A DNA stretch of 64,000 nt from Octopus bimaculoides (lineage: Eukaryota). The DNA is taken from positions 82,442,981-82,506,980 of the forward strand of contig NC_068981.1 in assembly GCF_001194135.2 (NCBI RefSeq), in the 5' to 3' direction. Positions 38,673-51,370 of the stretch are shown here, in pieces. Both the position numbers and the translations under genes were made by a program. Below the pieces are notes generated by a model. The model was not told the origin of the DNA and did no database searches. It was given only the letters and a program-made list of their open reading frames with translations. The first letter of the stretch is position 1. Every line of letters begins with the position of its first letter.

Positions 38673-41600
38673 AGAGAAAGAGCAGTGGTAAAACTTATAG
38701 AAAAGAAAGGTAAAGAGACAGAGATAAAACTAATTATGTCTTTATATACGAAAACAAGATATAAACTAGATATACACACTGACAGGCAAACAGACTGAAG
38801 AACAGGGAGATAAATGAAGAAGCAGATAGATAGATAAGGAAATAAGTAGACAGATTCATAGGCAAAGATAATAGTAGAAAAAGACAGACGAAAATATAAG
38901 TAGCCAAAGAAAAAGAAAGAGAAAGAGAAATAACGTGTGAAAGATATGTTGCGAACGTGTGTTAGTTGCTCGATAGGGGAATATTATTAAGGAATATAAT
39001 AGATATACAAACGGACAACAAAATGGCCAACGTGAAAGTTGGTGCGAAAAGTGGGAGGAGAGCGAGGAAAAATACAAAAAGAAAAAGTGTGATGATGAGA
39101 GGGATGTGGTGATGAGAAAAATTAAGACAATGACTAGCATGAAATTACAGTGTGAAAAAAGAAAACCTGAAAAAAAAGAAGAAAATGGTGATTGTGACGG
39201 TATAAACTCCGATGAAGATGACAAAGAAGTAGAAAAATAAAAGTAGAGAATGAGAAATCAGGAAAAAAAGAAGGTAGAGAAATAAGCGGATGAAATGGCA
39301 TGAGGCTGACGAGAACGATAAAGGTGATGATGATTCACAGAGGCAAAAAACAGCTCACTTAGAATCGTAAATAAAATAAAAAAAGAAAAGATAACAGCAT
39401 TTTATAGGAAGGGGTTGATTAAAGAAAACGAAAATCAAAAACAAAAAATTCAGGTATATAATTCATATAAAAGCGAACAAATAATAGATTATATAGTTAT
39501 GAAGCCAGGTAAAGAAATAAATAAGATGCAACCTTTTTTTTTTACACATTGAATCTATCTAGATTTAAACTAAGAACATTCAATCAAATCTACAGCGTGT
39601 TTCGTACATTGAAATCGTTACAGAGTTGAAATATATGTGGAAGGTATATGTCAAGAAAAGCAGCTCAGAATATTTGGTTGAAGCAATAAACCGTAGATGC
39701 AAATGGCAACCACACCATCTGGGACAACAATCTTTGCTTCCAATTGCAATGTATCTATCTTAGATGTCTGGAGACAAATACTTTGTAATAAGTAGCCGGG
39801 AATCCAACTGATTTAGATTCCTTATTCAGAAAACAGCTGCTCGCGACAGCATGTACCCATCGCTTATAAAGATGTCCATTGTCTTTGGAAAAAATTGCAA
39901 CTGATTCATCGCTAGACTGATTTTTTTTTTAAAGAAGTCATTAAAAATTTAATTTTATGTTGTATTATCTATGGCGTTGTCTAACTCTGATCACAACCTG
40001 CTGTATTTGATCTAACTCATGAAATTCAGCGAGAAATAATAACACAAAGGAGAGAGAGTCAAATTTCACTCAAGCAAGTTTAAAAAGAAGGGACACACGT
40101 TCGATAACGTATTCGTAGTTACAATATGTGTGAAAAAAGACGGATTGGTCAAAATTATTACATATTCGATCTTAGGTGTGATCAATCAGTGAACGTATTG
40201 AACGAAACAAATACTACATATCCAAGGCGGACATGTCATTAAAATACTATTTCAGTTCTAGAGAGATGTAACCATTAGTTGGAGTAGATCTTCAAATTAA
40301 CAAATGAAAAATAACATGAAAAGAAAATTGCACAGAGGAAAAACAAATTTGTCATTCTATTGTCAGTGTTATTTTCAGAAAATTTACTACTTAGAATTTC
40401 AGACAGAATAACGTTTTCTGAAGAGAGATTCTACGAAATACAAATATTGGCTTTAAATACACTAGTTAGGATTTGTGCCACAGGAAAGCCAGTTAGCAAA
40501 ATTTTTCTATCGAAAATTGCATTACGAAAGACGGCGGATGGGCCATTTGACACCCCCTATCCCACTTGCCACAAATTTGTCTCATTTGCTTGGCAGATAA
40601 TATATCAAAGTTTTACGATTTTCCCTTTTTCTCTTATTTGTCTTTGTATATCTCCTTCCTTTTCACAGTATATTTCTTCCTCAGTAATTTTGTTTCTTCT
40701 TACACTCTGTGATCAATACACACACACGCACCCGAGCACGCACACANNNNNNNNNNNNNNNNNNNNNNNNNNNNNNNNNNNNNNNNNNNNNNNNNNNNNN
40801 NNNNNNNNNNNNNNNNNNNNNNNNNNNNNNNNNNNNNNNNNNNNNNCGCACTCACACACATGCTCACATGTATCTTGATATTTTTTCGTGTTCTGCATCC
40901 TTGCTATTGTCGCTGTTGTCACTGTCATATGTGTTTTTGTATCCGTAAATTTCTGAAATTTGTTGTCGTCGTCGCCGCTGATAAAGATGATGTTGACCAT
41001 CGTTTATTCTTTATAGTTTTAATGCTTTTTGTTTTTTTACTCCAGTTACTTTCTTTGTCCTTCCAGTTGTTTCTATTTTTATTTAAAATCATTCCATGTA
41101 ATGTTTTTCATTGTTGTTTTCTGTTAATATTTTCTGCATGTTTGGTCGGTATTATCACTGCAATTAGCCTTATTGATGTTCTTAGTGTCGATCTTGTTTC
41201 TGTTGCAGATGTTACTTTTGCTATTGTTTTTGTTACTGTTATTGTTGTTGTCGTTCCTGCTGGTCATTGATATTGTTAATGTCATTGTTGCTGCTGTTGC
41301 TTTGGCGGTTGCACATGTGTAGACGACTGAAAGGTCGACAAGCTGGACAGATTGGAAAGGACGCCAGCAGTTGTTGACGGCGGCCATAAATATGACCCAA
41401 AAAACAAAATACGGTAGCTGAAACGAGACGAGATTTGTAAAAGTGACGCTAGCTCTGCTACAACGTGTTGTCGGCCATGTCCAAAGACAAAGACTTTATG
41501 GTGTTTGATGGATGGCTGTGAACAAGGGCTATCACTCTGGTGAAGACGATTTGACATCTACTACATTAGTAAGGACGATGAGAAACACTATGATAGGAGA

Positions 41601-42089
41601 GAGACAAATAACAACAGTGTAGCAAATACTAACAACAACACGAATTTCAGTGGTGAAGAGAATGAAATATATTGGCTTCTCCTGATAAAGATACACAGGG
41701 CATGTTTGGCGTTGATCAAGCTATTGACACCCATAGCTTATTACTTATATCAATGTATTTGATGTATTGGATGTTTCGGGGATACTTAGTGCCAAATATC
41801 ATAAGCCACTTAACTAGGAACCATAAGCAAAGGAAGTTGGTATACGGTGGTTTGAATAAATTATAAACGCTTTAGTATAATTATGTATTGAAATCAGTTT
41901 GCCAATCAAACACCATGATGCATACACACACACACACGGGCACGCACTCGCATCCGCACCGGAGCACACAGACGTACGCATATATATGATGGGCGAATGA
42001 GAAAGGAGTGCTCAGAACATGGAGAGGATATATATATTTTTTTTATTAAAGATGACTTTGTTTCGGAATTCGAGTTTCATGCCACGGTG

Positions 42090-42230
<141 letters not shown>

Positions 42231-42289
42231 ATTACTGTAACGGATTTATCACTCTATTGCCCTAATAAACAGAATATCAAGTGTTCTTA

Positions 42290-43170
42290 CATATCGTTAG
42301 CCACAGAGCGCTTCTTCAACACTTTTCTCGAATTACGTTGTTTCGGATATGCTCCTGCAGTGATATTCCTAGCATGGATGTTTCCATGGCTTTCAGTATC
42401 GTTGTCAAATGTTATTTTTCTTCTTCGTAGTAGTTCATGTCTGACTTGCGTAGAAGAGCGCTCATAGGCTAGTCTTGTTAAAGAGTTTGGCAAGCTGAGT
42501 TTTGTCCAGCTCTTTGAGCAAATCTTTAATCGAGAAAAATGTCTTCATCCTGCTCTCAGTGAGCGCGAGATTTCAGTATCAATGCCTCTGAATTCATTTA
42601 CTCTTCATCCTAAATGAATGTATTCTTTCATATCCTCAAATTCATCGATTTCCACTAGTATTCAAACTTGTTCTCCGCCTTCGGACCCCATCTAATTTTT
42701 TTTTCATTCAGTTGATCTTACTGATGAACCCTTTGTGTTCAGCTTTGTATGTTCTGCAGCCCGTTTAAGGTTTCTACGATAAATACGATGTCGCCTGCGA
42801 ACTGGAGGTGTATCGGTAGCTCTCCGTTTATGTTGATGACACTTTCCAATCAATGCCTCTATTTCAAGGCATGAATTGATTGAAAAGCTTCAGAGATATG
42901 GTATGATCTTTTTCTTTCCACTTCCTCATCAAACTCTTATGGATTGTGAAAAAGAAGTACAACAGTTGTACATCCTCAGTTCGTTTCCCTCAGTTTGATG
43001 TATTGTGCCTCGATTCCTCGCGTCTCCAGAGACTTCAACACGGCATTGATTTCGATGCTGAGGAAGGCGTTTTCCTATTTAAGGTGATGCAAAGAGACAG
43101 ATCATACTCTTCAAACAACAGTTCTCGAAGTCTCTTACAAGATGTCGTAACTTCTTGCAGAGAATGAACA
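42290..43170 (-). mobile_element. Decayed RTE-clade LINE, RT domain and C-terminal part
   Basis: Frameshifted minus peptides IEINAVLKSLETRGIEAQYIKL, NGELPIHLQFAGDIVFI (the FADD motif), FFSIKDLLKELDKTQLAKLFN and KAMETSMLGISLQEHIRNNVIREK, typical of RTE-1-like ORF2. Confidence 0.88.
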
Positions 43171-43845
43171 GTTCAAGGTGATCTTCCATGTCCCTTTGCC
43201 TAGCCCTCTGTTTCGTTTAAAATTACCTTTCTTTTATCCGAGAACCTTCTGTACGGCTCCTGTTTCTTTACAGTTTTCATTTTCCATACGTAGCTGTTCA
43301 TTTTCTAGACCAGTGAGCCATAATTTTCATCAATTCTCCAAGTTGATTCCATGTTTACTTTCAGATATCTTGAAACTGTGTCAGATCGAACAACTTGATG
43401 CAGTGGTTCGTCACCAAGATGTGCGATGAATTCTTTCTTCTAATCTAATTACTGACGGTCATTGGCGGTTGCAAGTGATGATCACTGCCAATAATGACTG
43501 GTGCTGATCTAAGGCTGTGACTATGCTGGGGCACCGCCAGTGTTATTCTGCATAAAGTCCTCCCCTTTCATTTTCTCTTCCAATCTGAAGTTTCCCATAT
43601 GTTTCTCCATTTGTCACGCTTTCCAACCTTTTTCGTTAGAAATCTCACGTCATAAAGGCGCACGTTGATTTGTGAGCTAGCTCTTCATGACTTGAAAAAA
43701 AAAATCGTTCCACTTCATTGTCCATATTGTTACGTGTGGAAGCATAGGTTTTGATGATCTTAAGCATGGTAATTCCTTAGAGACAATCAATTACCAATCT
43801 GTTTTATGATGAACACATGTTGCAGGATACGATTTCGGATACCTA

Positions 43846-45309
43846 CACTGAACCGCAAAAGAAACACGGTTATTTCAAATGTCATTTCTATATGGTAAAT
43901 TCTGAAAATTTATTTCGGAGATGTAAGTGTGAATATTCCAAGACATGCTGGTTTATGGCTGAGAACCAAATTGCAGGTAACCTTTCAACTTACCCTGAAA
44001 CGAGACGTTAAAATGCAGCTGCGTTGAATGACGTGGGTGGCAGTCGCAAACAATTGTCATGAAAACCGAAATGCACGTGCATTTCGTGGAGGTTATGGGT
44101 ATGCAAATCAACTTGAACCGCGTTCCTTGCATTCGTAATTTGGATGCATCAGGTGTAACCCAATTGTCAGCAACGCAGAGAGAACAAGCTATCGGCGATT
44201 GCAAGCAGGGTAGCGTGCTATGATTGTTTCGAAAGCTTACAATGCCCATGTTAGCACCATCTATCGCCTGCAACAGCGATACACACCAGAAGCACTGCAG
44301 ACTGTGTCCGCAGAGGGCTCCCCGGGTGACCACGCCCAGGCAGGATTGCTTCATCCACCTGCAACACTTCCGTGATCGCTTCAGACCAACTAGCGTGACA
44401 GCTCGTGAGACCATTGGCACTGGACGGCGACCCATCACCGACGACACGGTGTAACGTCAACTGGCCGCCAACAACCTGCGTTGCGGCCGTTCTCACCGCC
44501 CGCCACCGTCAAGCACGACTACAGTGTGCTACACAGCACCGATATTGGCGGCATCAACAATGGAAGTCGATAGTCTTCTCTGACGAGAGTCGGTACTGCT
44601 TAGGAGGGGTGAACGCTACAGAGACGTATGTATCATGGAGAGAGACACGTGGGGTGGGCAAAGCATCATGGTTTGGGGTGCTATAGGCCTGAATCAGAGA
44701 ATTGGGCCCCATGTGTTCCAAAATGCTGGTGCAGGCAGAGGGAATGGCATCACAGTGCAGTGCTATGTTGATCAGATCATAAGACCTCACATCGAACCCT
44801 TCGTCACCATAGCCATATGTTCCAGCAGGTCAATGCTCCTTCCCACATGGCCAGGGTCACCATGGACTTCCTGCGTCAGTACAACACCAGAACCATCCCG
44901 TGGCCGTCTCTCAGCCCGGATTTGAACCCAATTGAACACTTGTGGGATGAAATCTACAGACGGCTGAACCAGATGGTCCCAAGGCTGACACCTCGTGTGG
45001 AATTGGAGGCAGCTTCCCTCAGGGAGTGGGCACAGGTACCAATGGCTTTTATGAACCGCCTCATGCACTCCACGTACCGACGATTTGTCACCGTTTTGAA
45101 AATCCAGAGAGGGCATACAATGTCACGCCCTACAATCTCGATGTGCTGGATCCACCCACTACCAGTATACATGACAACGACCCATAGACTGTGGTCAAAG
45201 TGCATCCAAGAAATTGTCTTTATCAGATTTATTAAAATTTATCTGACATAATGAAATTAAAACACATTTCACAGTCAAACACGTCTCGCGTTTCTTTTGC
45301 TGTTCAGTG
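43846..45309 (+). mobile_element. Full-length but inactivated Tc1-family DNA transposon (1464 bp) with TIRs and TA TSD
   Basis: TA|CACTGAACCGCAAAAGAAACAC...GCGTTTCTTTTGCTGTTCAGTG|TA. Transposase remnants PRVTTPRQD, IVFSDESR, SIMVWGAIG and FQQVNAPSH...WPSLSPDLNPIEHLWDEI. 34 residues lie between the second catalytic position (D>V here) and E; multiple frameshifts. Confidence 0.96.
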
Positions 45310-45635
45310 TATTCTTTAGTTACGATGAAAACTATACAACATCTCGCTTTCATACTCTCTGCCTTTCATAGTTTCATAATATTTTCATCCATCTCAAATT
45401 TAGTTCTTCCTGTCAACGTGTTTTTCAAAATTCTAGCACATTAAATTTCGTCTAAACTAACTTACGCTTCCATTAGACGGACCATACATTGGCAATGATC
45501 TGCAGTTGTAGGTACATGTGGCAAGGTCTTTATTCAATTGATTGTTAACCTACGAGTACCTAGGATGTTTAGAGGATGCTGATCACTATGAGTTTCCTCC
45601 GTTCTCATAATCTCTCATTTTGCTAAGACGTTAAA

Positions 45636-45695
<60 letters not shown>

Positions 45696-45999
45696 NNNNN
45701 NNNNNNNNNNNNNNNNNNNNNNNNNNNNNNNNNNNNNNNNNNNNNNNNNNNNNNNNNNNNNNNNNNNNNNNNNNNNNNNNNNNNNNNNNNNNNNNTCATG
45801 CATGCAAAAAAAAAAACAACATAAAACTGAATTTGGTGCTGAATCATAAGTATTTACGAAGCATGTGTATCACACGCTTTCATACTTCTATATTCATATA
45901 AAGACCCAATCCAGATCTCCTCTATTCCGGATAACAATTCAGTACTGCATCGTGAGATTTCTTTTATTCCCATCAATCGTAGATTTAGGTATCATTTAT

Positions 46000-46430
46000 A
46001 CTTTACTTGTTTCAGACATTAGACTGCAGCCATGATGTGGCACCGCCTTGAAGAATTTATAGTCGAATGTATCGACTCAAGTACTATTTTTTAAGCCTGG
46101 TACTTATTCTATCGAACCCTTATCCCGAACCGATAAGTTACGGGGACATAAGCACATCAACACCGGTTGTCAAACAGCGGGACTAACACAGACACAAAGA
46201 CACACACACGCATACACACACACGTCCACACACACACACACACATATGTATATATACATATATATATACGATGGACTGCTTTCAGTCCGAATTTCTATCA
46301 AATCCACTCACAATGCTTTGGTCGGCTCGAGGCTATAGTAGAAGATACTTGCCCAAGGTGCCACGTATTGGGACTGGACCTGGAATCATGCAGTTGGGAA
46401 ACGAGCTTCTTACCATACAGCCACGCCTGT
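46000..46430 (-). mobile_element. Complete family A bipartite SINE
   Basis: Head 46270-46430, (CA)/(TA) spacer, tail 46000-46200. Confidence 0.88.
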
Positions 46431-48470
46431 GTGTAGTATATTTACTTTGAAAAATAATCAAAGGCATACAGTATATCGGCTGAACATTATTGTGGTCATA
46501 ATATTAGTTTATGAAAAATTCGATGAAAAGTAAAGCATGGCCAACATTATACATTATGGCACTCAACGAAACTCGCTCATCCGATCACAGTCGCTAAGAC
46601 AAACGCTTTTGTCTACGAAACCTTTTAAACAAGCTAGCGTTTTAATTAACCTAAATGTCTCATTCAGAATTGGATACATTTGTTACTGATGCGTTCTAAA
46701 TTAGCACTTAATTTAGTACATTGTTTGGCATAATTACTTCACAATGTATATATATATATACATATATACATATGGACATGCGTAGGAGCATTTATATTTG
46801 TAATTTTACTTTACAGTCATATTCTTGCCCCGAATTTCTGTTAGATTTAATTGCATTTAATTACAAAATATTTTTCTGTATTACAAAGAGAGAAACTAAT
46901 GAAAACACCAGAAACAACAGCAGCAACATCATTAACAACAAGATTAGCAACGAAATCTACATATCAACAAGGAAAATAAAATTTGTGTTAATGTTCTGAC
47001 GGATTAATGTATATTTCCTACACACAAAGAATCACGTCCGCTGTACGATAAGACATCAATCAACGCTTTTGACGTTCAGCTAAAAACTAACATTCATTTG
47101 CCCAATTAGAAGTTATATTTAAAAGCTAATTGATTCAGTTAATTTGTTTTTCGGTAGTCGCAATGACTGATATGTGTTTACCCTTAGCTTTCAATGATGT
47201 TTGGCATTCAATCTTGTCGTGTTCATATGTTGTATTTATAAAAGTGACTGAAGGGTTCTAAATAGAGCTGCAACGCAAGCGTTTCTCTTACTCATATTTC
47301 AGTAACGCAGACTATAGAAACGTTTTTAGAGTATTCTTGGTGTTTCTTTAGGGGAACTGTAAGGCTTCGTAGCGTTCATTTATAGTCTAGCGTTTGATAT
47401 ACGTATGCTCCATTGATACTGCGCTTGGATGCTCATGAAAAACAGCTGTCTTATAGGCTTCGAGTTACTCCCTGTACATTGAAACAAAATTACGTACTTT
47501 GATGGAATAAGAAACTTAAATTTCTAGATGAACGCGTTACTGTTTTTTAAAGAATACTAAGGAAGGTCCAACGGATATGTTTTCTGTTACATTCTCCGAT
47601 CTAGCATGGCTTTTAAACCTGGAGTAATGACGTGTTCTGGTATTCATTTCTAGCTTAATACACTTCATTTATAGATGATATAATACGTAGACACAACAAT
47701 CTGACGTTGAATTGGTTCACTAGTTCTTTTCACTAGTCATTTATCTATTTAAAATTTTGCTATCAGAAGTCGTCAGTCCCACCTATTGTATCTTACTTTT
47801 CAGACATATCTAGTGCTATACTATACTACTCGACTTACCATAAAGTGTGATCCCTGGAAGATATCGTTGCTATTTCTCGCAGGTAATGTGACTTCCAAAA
47901 GCTCATCCTGTTGATAGTAGATACGTTACGGTATACATATATCGCAGAAGTTGTTGGGTAGTTGAGATGTAAGTTATAGTAAAAGAGAGAATTAGCTTGA
48001 AATTAAACTCTCCAACCACTTCATTCCTCCTTACGAATATTCATTTTATTCCAATTAAAACATTGTAAATGCTATTATAGATTTTGTGGCGTTAATGTTT
48101 TCATCAAACATTGATTTCTTATGAAAGAGGCATAGGTAGAAACGTTTAGCTAGGAGTAACAATCGCTTAATAAATCCCGGAAGAATAAAATGACAAAGTG
48201 AACCTCGGCAGGATTTAAATTCGGAACATAAATATGTTGCAACAACTATTGCGGAGAATTTTGTTCATCCCCCTAACGATTCTTTCTGTATTGAGTAATA
48301 TTCACAACATGGGTAATATGAAGTGACTCTAGTTGTGATTGTGATCGATTGTACAGTTGTAGCTTCTTTAGTGACGATTGTCTCCAATCGAAAAGTTTGA
48401 GAATTATCTTCATATACCTGATGCCAGTTAATAGCACTTCTTGTACAGTTCTATATTTAAGAGATGAGGA

Positions 48471-48604
48471 ATTATTTACATTATTTACATTTGACGGATA
48501 TTCGTCCTCATCTTGTTTGTTGTTAACACAACGTTTCGGCTGATATACCCTCCAGCCTTCGTCAGGTGTCTTGGGGAAATTTCGAACCTGGGTTCTCATT
48601 CCTA
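48471..48604 (-). repeat. Solo copy of the PLE terminal repeat
   Basis: Roughly 90% identical by eye to 1143-1272. Confidence 0.92.
48525..48570 (-). ncRNA. Intact minimal type-I hammerhead ribozyme (family A)
   Basis: Minus strand: GACAC-CTGACGA-A-GGCTG-GAGGGTATAT-CAGCC-GAA-ACGT-T|GTGTT. Helix I GACAC/GUGUU, helix II 5 perfect bp, palindromic helix III ACGU. Predicted cut between 48530 and 48529. Confidence 0.85.
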
Positions 48605-48692
48605 TCGATGTTACTATTATTATTATTATAATATTATTATTATTATAATAATATTATTATTATAATAATAATATTATTATTATTATTAATCA

Positions 48693-48765
48693 GGTCGCTG
48701 CCGTGAATCGAACTCGGACCCTTGGGGTTAGTAGCCCGCGCTCTTAACCACTACGCCATATGCCC
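48693..48765 (-). promoter_or_regulatory. tRNA-derived segment with Pol III A and B boxes (not a foldable tRNA)
   Basis: A box TGGCGTAGTGG (48748-48758), B box GAGTTCGATTC (48705-48715). The T-arm is partly paired and the acceptor stem is broken. Followed by a (TAA)n-rich tract. Confidence 0.75.
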
Positions 48766-49581
48766 GTGGGCAATTATGGGGTGAATTTTAAGGCTTATAA
48801 ATCTATTATTTTTCTATCCTTCCTCAATACCGGTTCCCATATGCTATTCATATCTGCACTCGGTCTGCTTAGGAGGTTGTTGTGTCCTAGCATATGTGCT
48901 GCTTCTTGTGTGTATATATATATATATATATATATGTAGTTTGGCTTCGTTAGCTAACGATTCATGTTCGACTTCTTTTGAAGTTTCTTCGTAGCTAACG
49001 CAATTAAATACAATCAGTTTATGAATTCTTTTTCTAATACAGATTAAATTTCTAAATGCCACTGTTTGCTAATGTTCTTATACATCACTGGGCTACAGAT
49101 ATATATACGTAATCTCACCCCCTCTGTTGTTCACTTACATTTCCCTCTGTCACACACTTTCCTTCCCCCTTCTCCCCCCTGTCTCTCTCTCCACCAAATA
49201 ATAAACGCTCTGCCATTCAGTCAACGACAATGAGCTATGTAATACGATTGGTATGTACATTGTAACTGTAATTTGAAAAATTAGACTTACTAATAAACAG
49301 AGGTTTTATTAATCATGAGTTTCGTGGTGATTTAGAAGAAATTAACAATGATTTTAATGACTTCATCTATAATTAGCATTATATAAACAAAAAATTAATA
49401 TAAATTGTGCTTTTATTATTGAATTACTGAATTATTTCATATTATAGACGAAATACTTGCCATAAAACTACTACTACTACTACTACTACGACTGATGATG
49501 ATGAGGATGAGGAGGAGGAGGAGGAGGAGAAGAAGAAGAAGAAGAAGAAGAAGAAGAAGAAGAAGAAGAAGAAGAAGAATA

Positions 49582-49792
49582 GTTTCTCGTTTTGACACAA
49601 GGCCATTAGTTTTGACGGGTGGGGAAATTGATTTTATCAGCAGCAGTGCTCAATTGGTGCTTATTTTATCGACCATGACAGGATAGTGCAAAGTCGACCT
49701 CGGTGGAATTAGAACTCTGATCGTAAAGCTGGAAGAATCGCAGTTAAGAATTTTGACCGGCGTGCTAACTATTCTGCCAGCTCCACCGCCTT
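49582..49792 (-). mobile_element. Family B SINE-like repeat
   Basis: AAGTCGACCTCGGTGGAATT...CTGCCAGCTCCACCGCCTT. Confidence 0.85.
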
Positions 49793-49799
49793 AAAATAC

Positions 49800-51370
49800 C
49801 GGAGCCCACAGTCGGACGGTGTCCAAGGATATTGGATGAAAAGGCTGAAATAGTAGAACTGCTGGAGAGATGCTTGCAGCAAGGTTTATTTCTCAGGTGG
49901 ATGACGAAGAGAAAGACATGGTTATGTGTGAAGGAGCTTGAAAAGGGTAACATTGCATCCAAATTTCGACCAAAACCTTGTGGCGACTAATAACAGATAT
50001 TTTGATCGGTGAAGTATATGGATACTTAAAAAGAAATGGATTGCTACCAACTAACCAGAAAAAGTGCCGAAAGGGGAGCTGAGGAAAGAAAGATCAGGTA
50101 TTAATTGACGAGATAATAAAAAAAGTGTAAGAGGAAGCACAGGTGCTTGAGTATAGCATGGATTGATTGTCGTAACGCATACAATATGAAACCACACTCA
50201 TGGAGGACAAAAACTAACGAAATGTATGGAGTAGCAGACAACACGAGAAGAATGATATGGCACGGCATGAAATTCTCGAGAATGAATGGCCAGGATAGTG
50301 TCAGATATTTGAAGTAAAAATTAGGAGAGGAATCTTCCAGGAGTCAGTGCATCCCATTGATCTTTATGGTAGATATGATTCCATTGAGTGAAATATTACG
50401 GAAGACAAAGTTGGGTTATTATCTTGAAAGAGGTGAAGAAAAGCTCAATCAACTGGGGTTTAAAGATGATTTGAAGCTGTTCATAAAAACGTAAGGAAAA
50501 ATAAATCCAATCCATTCTGTGCTGTCCAATCCATTCTGTGCTGTCCAATCCATTCTGTGCTGTCCTATCCATTCTATGCAGATTTTTTTCCAAATGAGAA
50601 CAAGATGGCGTTTGAACTTTGAAATTGTGCTGTGATGATGATGAGAAAGGATAGTTTGTCACGACAGAAGATATACGAATGCAAAGTGTTGAAATGATGA
50701 GGACAATTGAACCTAAATCAAGATGTAAATACTAGTGGCAGATGAAATTAAGCATTACTATATAAAAGAAAAGACAAAGAAAAAATATCTGCGACGATTG
50801 AGAAGAATCTCAGATTCAAAGTTGAATGCTGAGAGCATAATGTAAAACAAGAAGAAAAGAAAGCTGATAATCGTGCGCGGAGCCTATGATCCACGTATAA
50901 GCAATGATCGTTTATATATGAAGAAAGAAAATGGAGGACGTTTATATATGAAGAAAGAGAATGGAAGACAGGGACTGATAAGCTTGACTGGAAGATTAAG
51001 TGAGTATTCAACACGGGAATTAGCGAAGACATCTAATCCAAAGCGAAAAAAACTTACTAGAAAAAACCTTGTAAGAAAAGAAACCATGTTGAAAACAGGG
51101 AAATGGAGGGATAAAAACAAGTACAAAGACACGAAGAAGTATTATACAAGTCAATATACACACAATTTCATGTGCTCACAACTGCATATACCAGAGAGCA
51201 TGGGCGGGATTGGTTAAAGAAAAGGTAATTTAAAACGAAACTGAGTGCATTATACTTGCAGCGCAAGACCAAGCTTTGGCCACAGATTGCAGAGGTACTC
51301 TTAGAAATGAGAAAGTGTTTCCGTTGTGTCGAATAAGTAATGAATTTGATGAAACTATAGTGTCAACATA
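49800..51370 (+). mobile_element. Decayed R4/Dong-like (restriction-like endonuclease group) non-LTR retrotransposon, RT region
   Basis: KRKHRCLSIAWIDCRNAYNMKPHSW, EVKIRRGIFQ, LGFKDDLKLF, RLYMKKENGRQGLISL and ETECIILAAQDQALAT match R4/Dong ORF motifs (WIDY.KA.D.VPHSW; RGIFQGD; FMDDLKL; LY..R.EGGRGL; AAQDQAL.T). Confidence 0.88.
50506..50581. repeat. 19-bp tandem repeat (TCCAATCCATTCTGTGCTG) x4 inside the R4-like remnant
   Basis: Directly visible; the fourth copy is diverged. Confidence 0.93.

Noticed and set aside
38977-39240. About 87-codon K/E-rich open frame without a start
   Set aside because: Purine-rich, T-poor sequence lacks stop codons by composition.
48693-48765. Possible tRNA-Ser(ACT) gene
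   Set aside because: The acceptor and anticodon stems do not pair; it is a tRNA-derived repeat head, as are the SINE heads at 1845, 4947 and 33062.
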